Shown: positions 25,999 through 37,402 of the stretch, piece after piece | Layout of the letters: the number at the start of each line of letters is the position of its first letter | How positions within the stretch are numbered: position 1 is the stretch's first letter | Origin: an uncultured Gemmatimonadales bacterium | GTDB lineage: Bacteria > Gemmatimonadota > Gemmatimonadetes > Gemmatimonadales > GWC2-71-9 | Direction of reading: 5' to 3' | DNA length: 64,000 nucleotides | Assembly: GCA_963795085.1 (NCBI GenBank) | Contig: CAWCFX010000006.1 | Coordinates: forward strand, 736,001-800,000 | Program-made: the position numbers and the translations under genes | Notes under the pieces: model-generated | Database searches by the model: none | What the model was told of the DNA's origin: nothing | The model's input: the letters and a program-made list of their open reading frames with translations, nothing else

Positions 25999-28900
25999 TC
26001 ACGGGCAGGTCTGCCCCGCCAGGAACCAGCACGACGCCCGCGCATCGGTCTTGAAGAAATTGAGCAGCATGTTGGCGACCTTGGTCTCGCCCGGGCGGGC
26101 CGGGTGGGTGTGGTCGGCCTCGAAGTCGGAGAGCGACCAGGTCAGGCCGTCCGAGCGGGGGTTGAGCCCGTCGGCCCAGGGATAGGGCCCCCAGCCCACC
26201 CAGGGAGCCACGGTGTTGTAGTTCAGGTTGCCGGCTCGCGCGTCCACCACGGTCCCCCCGTTCGCCATCTGGTCAATCTGCGCTTCGATGACCCACTTCA
26301 CCGCGTAGCCGGTCTCGTACGCGTACGGCTCCGGGTTGAGGGGTGAGGTCGCATAGCCGCCGTAGGTCCGGCTGGAGAAGAAGACCATCTGCAAATTGGG
26401 ATACCGGACCTTGAGGGCGCGGAGAATATTTCCGTACTGGCCGACCAGCCTCTCGGCGTCGGCCTGGTTCGAGGGCAGGCTGGTCGTGGGATTGCCGTTG
26501 AAGACCTTGAGCCAGATAGCCTCGACCTGCCGCTCGCTCAATCCCTGGGCGACCAGGATGCTGTCGCGGACCAGGTCGTAGTTGAAATCGGTGGGACTCT
26601 CCCAGGTGCTGGCTTCCTGGCCCGGCCGGGCGCCGTTAGCGAGGACCATCTCCACGTGATTGACCTGGGGGTCGGTGGCCGCCCGGCCCATCAGGGTCCA
26701 CGAGTCGCAGGGCGAATCGAACGCCGCCGAGCACCACTCCTGGGTGGTGTTCGAAAGCCCGATGGACAACAGGACAAACTTTCCGTTGCTGTTGGGATTT
26801 CCGTTGAAGCTGCGGGGCCGAATGTTCCGCGCCCGGGCCGCCCCCGCCGTGGCGTGCGCCGCCGGCACCGTGTTGCCCGCCGGGTAGAGCCCCCCGGGCA
26901 ACCCGAAGTAGGTCGCCGAGCCCATGTCGATCAGCGGGATCCGCAAGTTCGCCGCGGCCGTGCCGGTGGCGGTGAAGGTGAGCGGGCTGCCGCCCAGGCC
27001 GGCGGAACTGGCGCGAAGCAGGTTGGTGCCGGCCAGCGGACCCAGGATCCATGCCCCACCCGTCGCGGTGCCCTGCGGACTGGTGATCGCCGTCCCCGAG
27101 ACGATGCTGCCGCCGCCACCGGTCACTGCGAAGCTTACCGTGACGCCGCCGACCGGGTTGCCATGCGCGTCCTGGACCAGCACCACCGGGTCAATGGGGA
27201 CCGGCGTGCCCGCCGTCGCCGTCTGGTTGTCGCCCGCCTGCCGGGAGATGACGGCCGCCGGCCCCGCGCTCCCGGTGGCCGTAAACGTGGTGGTAAAACC
27301 GGCGCCGGAAGCCCGCACCGTGTTCTGGCCGGCCAGGTTGCCGAGGGTCCAGGTGACTGCGGCCAGCCCGGAAGGATCGGTGGTACTGCTGCCGGAGGAC
27401 AGCGACCCGCCGCCGGACAGCACGGTCCATGCGATCAGCACGCCCGGCACGCCGTTACTGTTGCCGTCCACCACCTGGACCACCAGCGAATCGGCCAGGA
27501 CAGTCCCCGCCTCGCCTACCTGGCTGTCGCCGTCGGCGTTGATGATGGCGGCGGGAGGGCCGCTGGAACTGGTGCCCGTCGCGGTGAACACCGCCGGGCT
27601 TCCGTTCAGCCCCGGCGCGGTGGCCGTCAGGGCGTTCGCCCCCGCGATAGCGCCCAGCGTCCACGTCCCCCCCGATGCCCGCCCGTTGGCGTTGCTCACG
27701 TCGGTGGCGAAAGCGATCGAACCGCCGCCACCCGTCACCGCGAACGACACGCTCACGCCCGCCACGGTGTTGCCGCTGGCGTCGGTGACCAGGACCCGCG
27801 GGTTGATGGCTACCGGTGTGCCCGCCGGGGCCGACTGGTTGTCGCCGCCCTGCTTCGCCAGGATGGCCGCCGGTCCCGCCGTGATGGTCACCGGCCCGGA
27901 CGTGATGCCGGCCAGACCGCCCGAGCTGAAGAGCAGCGTCCGCGCGCCCACCAGTCCGGAGATCGCCAGGTCGGTGAACTGCGCGATGCCGGCCCCATCG
28001 GTCGCCACGGTGAGCGCACCACCGAGAGTACCGCCGCCCGATGCGATGGCGGCGGTGACCGGGATGCCGGCCTGGGAAACCGGGTTCCCGAAGCCATCCG
28101 CCAGGCCCAGCGCCGGCTGCTGCGGCAGGCTCACGCCGCTCTGGCCATTCCCGGGCGCCGCGGCGAGAACCAGCTGGCTCGCGGACCCGGCGGTGCCGGT
28201 CGCGCTGAAGACACGGGTGAGTCCGCCGGTCGCCGCTTCCACCTGGTTGGCGCCGGCCGCGTTGCCGAGCGTCCACCGGACCCAGGCCACGCCGGCAATG
28301 TCGGTGTTCACCGTGGTTGTGGAGACCGACCCGCCTCCGCCCAGGATGGTCCAGGTGACCGGCGCCCCCGGAACCCCGGTGCCGCCGGCATCGAGCACCT
28401 GCACCACCAGCGAGTCGGCCAGTACCCGGCCCACCACTCCCGTCTGCGCATCACCCGAGACGACGACCATGCTCGCGGGGGGACCGTTTGTGGGCGTGCC
28501 GGTCGCGAAGAAGGTGGCGGGACTCCCGGCCAGTCCTGGCGCCGTGGCGGTGAGGCTGTTCTGGCCCGCGGCGGGACCCAGGGTCCAGGTTCCGCCGCTC
28601 GCCAGGCCCTGGCTGTTGGTGAGGTTGCTTGCCAGCTGGATGCTGCCGCCTCCGGCGGCGACCGCGAACCCCACGCTGACGCCGGCCACCGGGTTGCCAT
28701 TGGCATCCTTCACCAGGACGACCGGGTCCACCGCCACCGCGGCGCCCACCGGCGCGCTCTGGTTGTTGCCGGCATTCCGCGTGAGCGTCACCGGCGGGCC
28801 GGCCACGCCAGTCGCGCTGAAAGTGGCGTTGAAGCCCGCCGCGCTGGCCCGCACCGTGTTCCCACCCACTACATCTCCCAGGGTCCACTCGGCGGACGCG

Positions 28901-31900
28901 AGCCCGTTGCCGTCGGTCTGACCGGACACCGGAGCCACCGTGCCGCTCCCGGTCAGGACCGTCCAGCGTGACCGTCACCCCCGGCACGCCGAGCCCGCTG
29001 GCATCGCGCACCTGGACCACCAGTGATTCCGCCGCCGCCTCGCCGGCCACATCGGTCTGCCCGTCTCCGCCCACCTTGACGATCGCCGCGGGGGCCCCGG
29101 GCGGCGCGGTGGTGCCGGTCGCGGTGAAGGTGGCCGGGCTTCCCGCCAGCCCGGACACCGTCGCGGTGAGCGTGTTGGGGCCGGCCGCGGCGCCCAGGGT
29201 CCAGGCGCCGCCCGAGGCGAGGCCCTGCGCATCGGTCGTGGCGAGCGCCGCACCGATGCTGCCGCCGCCGCTGGCCACCGCGAAGGACACCGAAACGCCT
29301 GCGACCGGGTTGCCCGCGCCGTCCCGGACGCTGACCACCGGGTTCACCGGCACCGGCGAGCCCGCCGTCGCGGTCTGGTTGTCTCCCGCCTCTTTCGCGA
29401 GGGCCGCGGCCGCGCCGGCCGTGATGGCGAAGCCGGCCGAGGTGACCGACGCCAGGCCCGGCGCCGTGAAGACGAGGGTGCGAGTCCCCACCGTGCCGCT
29501 GATGCCCAGCGCAACGAACGTGGCGATGCCGCTGCCGTTAGTGGTCGCCGCCGCGGTGCCGGTGAGTGTCCCGCCGCCCGAGTTGAGGGCCGCGGTGACC
29601 ACGGTGCCGCTGCCCGCCGAATTGCCGTTGCCATCCACGGCGCGGACCTGGGGTTGCGGGGAAAGGGTTCCGCCGCTGGGACCACCACCTGGCTCGGTCA
29701 CCATGAGGAGTGCCGTCGCGGGCCCCGCGATACCGGTCCCCGTGAAGGATGTGTTGAACCCGGCCGCACTGGCCCGCACCGTGTTCCCACCCACTACATC
29801 TCCCAGGGTCCACTCGGCGGACGCGAGCCCGTTGCCGTCGGTCTGACCGGACACCGGAGCCACCGTGCCGCTCCCGGTCAGGATCGTCCACGTCACCGCG
29901 ACCCCCGGCACGCCGAGCCCGCTGGCATCGCGCACCTGGACCACCAGTGATTCCGCCACCGCCTCGCCGGCCACATCGGTCTGCCCGTCTCCGCCCACCT
30001 TGACGATCGCCGCGGGAGCCCCGGGCCCAGACACCGTCCCGGTCGCCGTGAACGTCGCCGGACTACCCGGGAGACCGGACACAGTCGCCGTCAATGTGTT
30101 CGCGCCGGCCGCGGGCCCCAGCGTCCAACTGCCGCCCGAGGCCCGGCCCTGGGCATCCGTGATCGATTGAGCCGAGGCGATCGATCCCCCACCGGTGCTC
30201 ACGGTGAACGCCACCGTGATCCCAGGCACCGGGTTGCCCGCCCCATCCGACACGCTCACCGAAGGATTCACCGCCACGGCCGTGCTCACCGCTGCGGTTT
30301 GGTTGTCCCCCGCTACTTTGGCCAGGGTAGTGGCGGACCCGGCGGTGATCACGAAACTGGCCGAAGTCACCGGCGTCAGGCCGGGGGCGGTAAAGGTGAG
30401 GGTACGCGGTCCAGCGGTACCGGTCACCCCCAGCGATGCGAACGTCGCCAGACCGCTGCTTGCGGTCGTTGCGGTGAGCACCCCGGTCAGAGCACCGCCC
30501 CCCGATCCCAGAGCCGCAGTGACCACGGTGCCGCTGCCGGCCGCGTTGCCGTTGCCATCCACGGCGCGGACCTGGGGTTGCGGGGAAAGGGTTCCGCCGC
30601 TGGGACCACCACCTGGCTCGGCCACCATGAGGAGTGCCGTCGCGGGCCCCGCGATACCGGTCCCCGTGAAGGATGTGTTGAACCCGGCCGCACTGGCCCG
30701 AACGCTGTTGGAGCCGGCGGCCGCACCGAAGGTCCACTCGGCGGCCGCGAGACCGTTGCCGTCGGTCTGACCGGACACCGGCCGCCACCGTGCCGCTCCC
30801 GGTCAGGACCGTCCAGCTGACCGTCACCCCCGGCACGCCGAGCCCGCTGGCATCGCGCACCTGGACCACCAGCGATTCCGCCGCCGCCTCGCCGGCCACA
30901 TCGGTCTGCCCGTCTCCGCCCACCTTGACGATCGCCGCGGGAGCCCCGGGCGGCGCGGTGGTGCCGGTCGCGGTGAAGGTAGCGGGGCTTCCCGCCAGCC
31001 CGGACACCGTCGCGGTGAGCGTGTTGGGGCCGGCCGCGGCGCCCAGGGTCCAGGCGCCGCCCGAGGCGAGGCCCTGCGCATCGGTCGTGGCGAGCGCCGC
31101 GCCGATGCTGCCGCCGCCGCTGGCCACCGCGAAGGACACCGAAACGCCTGCGACCGGGTTGCCCGCGCCGTCCCGGACGCTGACCACCGGGTTCACCGGC
31201 ACCGGCGCGCCCGCCGTCGCGGTCTGGTTGTCTCCCGCCTCTTTCGCGAGGGCCGCGGCCGCGCCGGCCGTGATGGCGAAGCCGGCCGAGGTGACCGACG
31301 CCAGGCCCGGCGCCGTGAAGACGAGGGTGCGAGTCCCCACCGTGCCGCTGATGCCCAGCGCAACGAACGTGGCGATGCCGCTGCCGTTGGTGGTCGCCGC
31401 CGCGGTGCCGGTGAGTGTCCCGCCGCCCGAGTTGAGGGCCGCGGTGACCACGGTGCCGCTGCCGGCCGCGTTGCCGTTGCCGTCCACGGCGCGGACCTGG
31501 GGTTGCGGCGCCAGCACTCCGCCACTCGGCCCACCGCCCGGCTCGATCACCATCGCCAGCCCGGCCGCCGGGCCGGCGATGCCGCCGGCGGTGAACGTCG
31601 CGGTGAGCGCCCCGGCGCTGGCCCGCACCGAATTGGCGCCGGCCACGACTCCGGTCGTCCAGCGCACCCGGGCCTGGCCCGAGGCGTCGGTGACCGCGGA
31701 GGCGGGAGACACCGCACCGCCGCCGGTCAGGACGGTCCAGTTCACCGTCACCGCGGGCACGCCCACGCCACCGGCGTCCCGCACCTGCACCACCAGCGAT
31801 TCGGGCAGCGCGGACCCCGCGACACTGGTTTGCGCATCGCCGGCCACCTTGTTGATCGAGGCGGGCGGCGCGGTGCTGCCGGTCGCGGTGAAGACGACCG

Positions 31901-32873
31901 ATCCCACGCCGCTCACGGTGGCGGACAACGTGTTCGCGCCGGCGGCAGGGCCCAGCGTCCACGCCCCGCTGGCGGCGATACCGTTCGGTCCGGTCACCGC
32001 CGGCGACCCGGCGATGGACCCGCCGCCGGATGCCACCGCGAAGGCCACCGACACGCCGGGCACCGGGTTATCGAACGCGTCGCGCACCAGCACCGATGGG
32101 TTGACGGCCACCGCGGTACCGGTGGCGGCTCCCTGGTTGTCTCCCGCCTGCCGGGAAATGCTCGCGGGTGCGCCGGGATTCACGTGGGTGGTGGCGCTGA
32201 CGGCGGGCAGCGTCAACGAATTGAATCCGAGCGTGTAGTCCCCGACGGGTCCTTCGAGCCGGAGATCGGTGAACCGTGCGGCACCCTGGGCATCGGTCAC
32301 GGCGGTGACCGTGCCCTGGAGTACGCCGCCCGGGCCCTGGAGAATGGAGGCGGTGACGACGGAGCCGGGGAGCTGGTCCGGGTTGCCGTACACGTCTTTC
32401 AGCTGGACTGCCGGCTGGGGAGAGAACGGCGTCCCGCTGGTGACGGCCGCGGGCGGGGGATCCACCAGCTCGGCGGCCGCGGGCGGCCCCGGGCGGGCGG
32501 TGGCCGTGAACTCGACCGGACTCCCGGACAGGCCGGCGGCCGCGGCGTTGACCCGGTTGGGGCCGGCCACGGTCCCCAGGGTCCAACCGCCGACCTCGGC
32601 GATGCCGTCGGGTCCCGTGGTGTCGGTGGCGCGGGTCAGCGCCCCGCCACCGGCCGTGACGGTGAAGGTCACGATGGCGCCCTCGGTGGGAGCCCCCGAC
32701 TCGTTGGTAACCAGCACGGCGGGCGGGACAGGCAGCGGGGAGCCGACCTCGGCGGACTGCGCGTTGCCGCGCAACTCCGCCATGGCAGCCGGACCCGTGC
32801 CCGGACCCGTCTTGAGATCGGCCTTGCAGCCGAGCGCAAGCAGCAGTCCCACCAGCATGGTGGAGCGCTTCAC
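25999..32873 (-). CDS. Giant Ig-like (Big_1/invasin-type) repeat lipoprotein with a C-terminal SGNH-like hydrolase domain; split by +1 frameshifts at ~30782 and ~28967
   Basis: Three ORF pieces (30063-32903, 28451-30778, 25999-28938) join into ~2290 aa; lipobox LALGC; repeated GDNQ.A..G..V...P.V.V.D..GNPV.GV.V.F....GGG motif; C-terminal SIGLSN and DHTHP. Confidence 0.85.
28844..31510. repeat. Near-identical ~924-bp internal tandem units within the Ig protein gene
   Basis: 28844-~29095 matches 29769-~30020; ~29595-29780 matches ~30520-30700; 28935-~29660 matches 30785-~31510. Confidence 0.85.
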
Positions 32874-32906
32874 CCTACCCCCCGCATTTCGGGACGACAG
32901 CACCCG

Positions 32907-34553
32907 CTATGGGCACACCATGCCGGCCAGGAACCAGCAGGCCGCACGTTGATCAGTCTTGAAGAAGGAGAGCAGCCGCGCGCCCACCTTGCCCTCGCCG
33001 CTGGCGCTGGGATGGGTGCCGTCGGGCTCGAAATCCCCGGCGACCCAGGTGAGGCCGTCCGACCGGGGATTGAGACCGTCGGCCCACAGGTAGGGTCCCC
33101 ACGCCAACCACGGTGCCACGGTGGTGTAGTTCAGGTTGCCGGCGCGATTGTCCACGATGGTGCCGCCGTTGGCCATCTGGTCGATCTGCGCCTGGATCAG
33201 CCATTTCATGGCAAACCCGGTTTCGTAGGCGTAGGGTTCCGGGTTGAGCGTGAGATTGGCATAGCCGCCGAAGACACGGCTGGAAAGAAACACGATCTTC
33301 AGGTTCGGATAGCGATTGTGCAGAATCCGCACGATGTTGCCGGCCGCCTCGACCAGGCGCACCGCATCGGCGGTGGCCGAGGGAAGGCTCACGGTCGGGT
33401 CGGGATTGACGACCTTGAGCCAGATCACCTGGACCTGCTGCTCGGTCAGGCCCTGCGGCGTGAGCACGCTGTCCCGGATCCGGTCGTAGTTGGGGCTGGC
33501 CGGGTCGGCCCAGTCGCTGGCTGTCTGGCTGCGCTTGGCGCCGTCCACCACGGCCAGCGTGGTGTGGTTGACGGCGTTATCGGCGGCGGCCTGCCCGGTG
33601 AACGACCAGGCGGTGCAGGTCGAGGGGACCGAGTCGCACCACTCCTGCGTGGTGTTGGACATGCCGATGGACATCAGCACGATGCGGCCGTTCCCGTTGG
33701 GCGTGCCGTTGCCGGCCCGCGGCACCACGTTGCGCGCCGCGGCGGCGCCGGCGGTGGCATGGGCTCCCGGCATGGCATTGGATCCGTTGGCGTAGAGCCC
33801 GCCGCTGTGGCCGAGGTAGGTCCGGCTTCCCATGTCGGTGAGGGGCACCCGGCCGCTGACCGTCGAAAGGTCCAGCGCGGCGCTGGTCGCTCCCGTCAGA
33901 CCCGGCGCGGTGAACGCCAGGGTGTAGGCGCCGACCGGGCCGAGAATTCGGAGCGTGGTGAAAGCGGCCTGGCCGGATGCGTTGGTCGTCGCGGTCAGCG
34001 TACCGCCCAGCGACGCCACCGGCGACCCCGACGCAATCGCCGCGGTGACCACGACGCCCGCCTGGTTGACCGTCCCGCCCTGGGAATTCCGCAGCTGGAG
34101 CACCGGCTGGGTGGGCAGCGCCACGCCGCTCTGTCCATCGGAAGGCTGGGTGGTGAGCCCGAGCTGGTTCCCCGGGTTTCCGATACTCGAGGCCGTGGCG
34201 CTGAACTGCACGGAAAACCCGGCTGCCGACGCTTGCGCGCCGTTCACGCCGACACTGCCCAGCGTCCACCGCGCCGCGGCACGGCCCGCCGCGTCGCTGG
34301 TGGCGGCACCCGGCCCCAGCGTTCCGCCCCCGGCGGTCACGCTCCAGGTGACGGCGATGCCGCTGACACCCTGGCCCCCGCCATCCACGACGCGAACCAC
34401 CAGCGACTCGGCGAGGGCCGAGCCGGTGGTCGCGGCCTGGCCATCGCCGGCCAGCTTCACCAGCGCGGCAGCCCCTTGTCCGGGCGTAGTTGATCCATCG
34501 CATCCGGCCGCCAGTATCAGCAGGCCGAGGGCGAACGTTTTTCCTGTCCTCAT
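32907..34553 (-). CDS. Lipoprotein with two Ig-like domains and an SGNH-like domain (short paralog of the giant protein)
   Basis: Lipobox AAGC; SIGMSNTTQEWC, LNPEPYAYETG, DGTHP closely match the neighbour's C-terminus. Confidence 0.88.
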   Translation of the reverse strand: MRTGKTFALGLLILAAGCDGSTTPGQGAAALVKLAGDGQAATTGSALAESLVVRVVDGGGQGVSGIAVTWSVTAGGGTLGPGAATSDAAGRAAARWTLGSVGVNGAQASAAGFSVQFSATASSIGNPGNQLGLTTQPSDGQSGVALPTQPVLQLRNSQGGTVNQAGVVVTAAIASGSPVASLGGTLTATTNASGQAAFTTLRILGPVGAYTLAFTAPGLTGATSAALDLSTVSGRVPLTDMGSRTYLGHSGGLYANGSNAMPGAHATAGAAAARNVVPRAGNGTPNGNGRIVLMSIGMSNTTQEWCDSVPSTCTAWSFTGQAAADNAVNHTTLAVVDGAKRSQTASDWADPASPNYDRIRDSVLTPQGLTEQQVQVIWLKVVNPDPTVSLPSATADAVRLVEAAGNIVRILHNRYPNLKIVFLSSRVFGGYANLTLNPEPYAYETGFAMKWLIQAQIDQMANGGTIVDNRAGNLNYTTVAPWLAWGPYLWADGLNPRSDGLTWVAGDFEPDGTHPSASGEGKVGARLLSFFKTDQRAACWFLAGMVCP

Positions 34554-34608
34554 GACACTCGCTGCGCGTTCGTTGAGTTGGGGGCCGCGAAGGGGCCGCC
34601 CGACGAGT

Positions 34609-35454
34609 TCAGGCGGCCCCCCACTCGGCCCAGCTTCCATCATACAGGGCAATATCCCTGGCCCCCAAAACATGCAGGCCCAGCAACAGGGCGCAAGCCG
34701 TGGTGCCGGAGCCACATGTAGCCACCACCGGGAGTTGGATGTCTATCCCTGCACCCTGAAACGTCTTCCGCAGTTCGGCCGGGGCCAGCAGGGTCCCATC
34801 GGGACCGACCAGGGCCTGGAAGGGAAGATTGAGACTGCCCGGAATATGTCCCCCGCGGAGCCCGGGACGGGGCTCCGGCTCCTCGCCCCGGAAGCGCCCG
34901 GGAGAGCGGGCATCCAGGACCTGTTCGCGCCTGGTCTCCAGGTTCCTGCGCAGGTCGGCCATCGCGCGCACCATATGAGGGCGCGGATTCGGGGTGAACG
35001 TGGCGGTCGTTGACGGCGCGGGCCCGGGCCCGGATTCCAGCGGGCGGCCTTCGTTCGTCCACTTGCCGAGCCCGCCATCGAGCACCGCGGACTGGTCATG
35101 CCCGAATACGCGCAACATCCACCAGACCCGGGCCGCGCTCAGGTTGGCACCGCTGCTGTCGTACACAATCACGGTGTCGCGGTCGGCCACGCCCAGCCGG
35201 GCCATGGCGGCGCCGAAGTGCCCGGCGTCGGGCAACATGTGGGGCAGCCGGCTGGCCGGGTCGGAGACCGCATCGAGATCGCAGTAGGTCGCGCCTGGAA
35301 CATGGCCGGCCTCGTACTCACGCCGGGGATCGCGGCCCGCGTGGGGGAGGTACCACGAGGCATCGAGCACCCGCACGCCGGGATCGCGCAGGTGCCTGGC
35401 CAGCCATTCGGTTGTGACGAGGGAGTCGCGCGGATCGCTGCCGCGCTCAGGCAC
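34609..35454 (-). CDS. sseA: 3-mercaptopyruvate sulfurtransferase (rhodanese)
   Basis: LDASWYLP, GHVPGA, ARVWWML, GHIPGS, CGSGTTAC, LYDGSWAEW; GTG start overlapping the upstream stop. Confidence 0.92.
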   Translation of the reverse strand: MPERGSDPRDSLVTTEWLARHLRDPGVRVLDASWYLPHAGRDPRREYEAGHVPGATYCDLDAVSDPASRLPHMLPDAGHFGAAMARLGVADRDTVIVYDSSGANLSAARVWWMLRVFGHDQSAVLDGGLGKWTNEGRPLESGPGPAPSTTATFTPNPRPHMVRAMADLRRNLETRREQVLDARSPGRFRGEEPEPRPGLRGGHIPGSLNLPFQALVGPDGTLLAPAELRKTFQGAGIDIQLPVVATCGSGTTACALLLGLHVLGARDIALYDGSWAEWGAA

Positions 35455-36196
35455 CTGCGGTATCGATGAAGGAGGTGAACAGCGCCCGCATCCCGGCGTC
35501 GTGATCGACCAGCGACTCGGGATGCCACTGTACGCCGACCATGAAGTGACCATTGGAGGATTCGATCGCCTCGATGAGTCCGTCCGGGGCCACCGCCGAC
35601 ACCGTGAGTCCCTGGCCCAGCTGTTTGACGCCCTGGTGGTGCATGCTGTTGACCAGCACATCGGGCCGCTGGAGAATGCGGCCGAGCCGCGAGGCGGAGA
35701 CGACCTCCACCGGGTGAGCCAGGTAATCGCGGGCAAAGCCGGCGGTGGGGAAGTAATCGTGCTTGATGGCGTGGGGAAACTCGGCACCGAGATCCTGGTA
35801 GAGCGTGCCGCCGAGGGCCACGTTGATGACCTGGCTTCCGCGGCAGAGTCCGAGCACCGGTTTCTTGTCCTGGGCGGCCCAGCGGGTCAGGGTGAGTTCG
35901 ACCTTGTCGCGGGCCAGGTCGGTGTTGCCGAGCAGGGGGCTCGGCGCTGCGCCGAAGGTGGCGGGGTCCATGTCCACGCCCCCGGGAATGAGGACGCCGT
36001 CGAGCGCCTCGTAGATCGCGCGGAGACCCGCCTCGTCCTCGTCCAGGAGGGGCACCATCACCGGAGCGCCGCCCGCCTCGCTGACCGCGTGGATATACCG
36101 CTGGTTCATCATCCATGACGACGGCAGCCCCTCGGGGATGCCGTCGATGGAATGCAGGGTCTGGGTCGTGATCCCGATCACGGGCCGGCGGGCCAT
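35447..36196 (-). CDS. Gamma-glutamyl-gamma-aminobutyrate hydrolase family (peptidase C26, PuuD-like)
   Basis: PGGVD, LGLCRGSQVINVALGGTL, NSMHHQ, GVQWHPE. Confidence 0.93.
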   Translation of the reverse strand: MARRPVIGITTQTLHSIDGIPEGLPSSWMMNQRYIHAVSEAGGAPVMVPLLDEDEAGLRAIYEALDGVLIPGGVDMDPATFGAAPSPLLGNTDLARDKVELTLTRWAAQDKKPVLGLCRGSQVINVALGGTLYQDLGAEFPHAIKHDYFPTAGFARDYLAHPVEVVSASRLGRILQRPDVLVNSMHHQGVKQLGQGLTVSAVAPDGLIEAIESSNGHFMVGVQWHPESLVDHDAGMRALFTSFIDTAGA

Positions 36197-36268
36197 TCAA
36201 GCTCCAGGTAAAGGGACAGCCAGTGGAGGAAAGTTAATTCACGGCCCCGGCCCAGGCTATCGGCTGGG

Positions 36269-37375
36269 TCACACCACGCCTTCTTCGGTCTCGGCGATCA
36301 GCTGGTCCACCACGGAGGAGAAATCCTGGGTCCGCTTATAGGTGGCGAGCTGGCGGTCCGCGCTGGTGCCGTTCTTGAGGATCTCAAAGGCATATTCCAC
36401 TTCGCGGCGGCTGCCGAGTTCGTCCAGGACATCGTCGATGAACCACCGGATCAGTTCCTCGATCAGCTCGCGGGCCGGCTGTTCCCGGTTCTTGCCCAGG
36501 TCCACCAGGTTGCCGTCGAGCCCATAGCGCACCGCGCGCCACTTGTTTTCCTCAATTAGCGTGCCAGGGTAGTTCCGGAAGGTGAGGTTGTCGCGGCGGA
36601 GTTTCCAGAGCTTCGCGATGATCGCCTGCAGGATCGCCGCAACGCTGACCGCTTCATCCACCCGGGTGCAGACGTCGCAGAGGCGGAATTCCAGGGTCGG
36701 ATAGCTGTGGTTGGGCCGCACGTCCCACCAGATCTTGGAGCCGTTGGGAATGCAGTTGGTTTCGGTCATCGTCTCCAGCAGCGCCTGGTAGTCGGTCCAG
36801 TCGCGGAGCAGCGGCGGAATCCCGGTGCGGGGAAAGTTCCGGAAAATGACGCTGCGATAGGACTTGAGCCCGGTGGTGCGGCCCATCCAGAACGGCGAGC
36901 TGGTCGAGAGGCAGAGCACGTGGGGCACGAAGTAGCGCGACACGTTCATCGCGTCGATCAGGAAATCGCGGTCTTCGATGCCGATGTGGACGTGGGTGCC
37001 GAAGATGAGCAGCCGCTGGGCCAGGTCGGCGAGGTCCTGGCGGACGCCCATGTAGCGTTCCAGCGGAGTGATCTCCTGGGAGAGCCAGGAGGAGAACGGG
37101 TGGGTGCCGGCCGCGGCGATCTTGAGGCCGTTCTTGGCGGCCAGCCGCATCACGGTGCCCCGGAGCCGCACCAGTTCGCTCCGCGCCTCGGCCGGCGTCT
37201 GGCACACGTTGGTGCCGATCTCGACCATGGACTGGTGCAGCTCCGGCTTCACTTCCCCCAGGACCACGCTGTCTTCCTTGAGAATCTGCGTGATGTAGGA
37301 CTGCAGTTCCCGGGTCTTGGGATCAATGATCTGGTACTCTTCTTCGATGCCCAGGGTCAGGGACGGGGCTTTCAT
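36269..37375 (-). CDS. Carboxylate-amine ligase (YbdK/GCS2 family)
   Basis: LGIEEEYQ, AGTHPF, GTHVHIG, SSPFW, WWDVRP, TLEFR. Confidence 0.94.
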   Translation of the reverse strand: MKAPSLTLGIEEEYQIIDPKTRELQSYITQILKEDSVVLGEVKPELHQSMVEIGTNVCQTPAEARSELVRLRGTVMRLAAKNGLKIAAAGTHPFSSWLSQEITPLERYMGVRQDLADLAQRLLIFGTHVHIGIEDRDFLIDAMNVSRYFVPHVLCLSTSSPFWMGRTTGLKSYRSVIFRNFPRTGIPPLLRDWTDYQALLETMTETNCIPNGSKIWWDVRPNHSYPTLEFRLCDVCTRVDEAVSVAAILQAIIAKLWKLRRDNLTFRNYPGTLIEENKWRAVRYGLDGNLVDLGKNREQPARELIEELIRWFIDDVLDELGSRREVEYAFEILKNGTSADRQLATYKRTQDFSSVVDQLIAETEEGVV

Positions 37376-37402
37376 GGCGAACTCCGCTGTGAGGCTTGAG
37401 GC

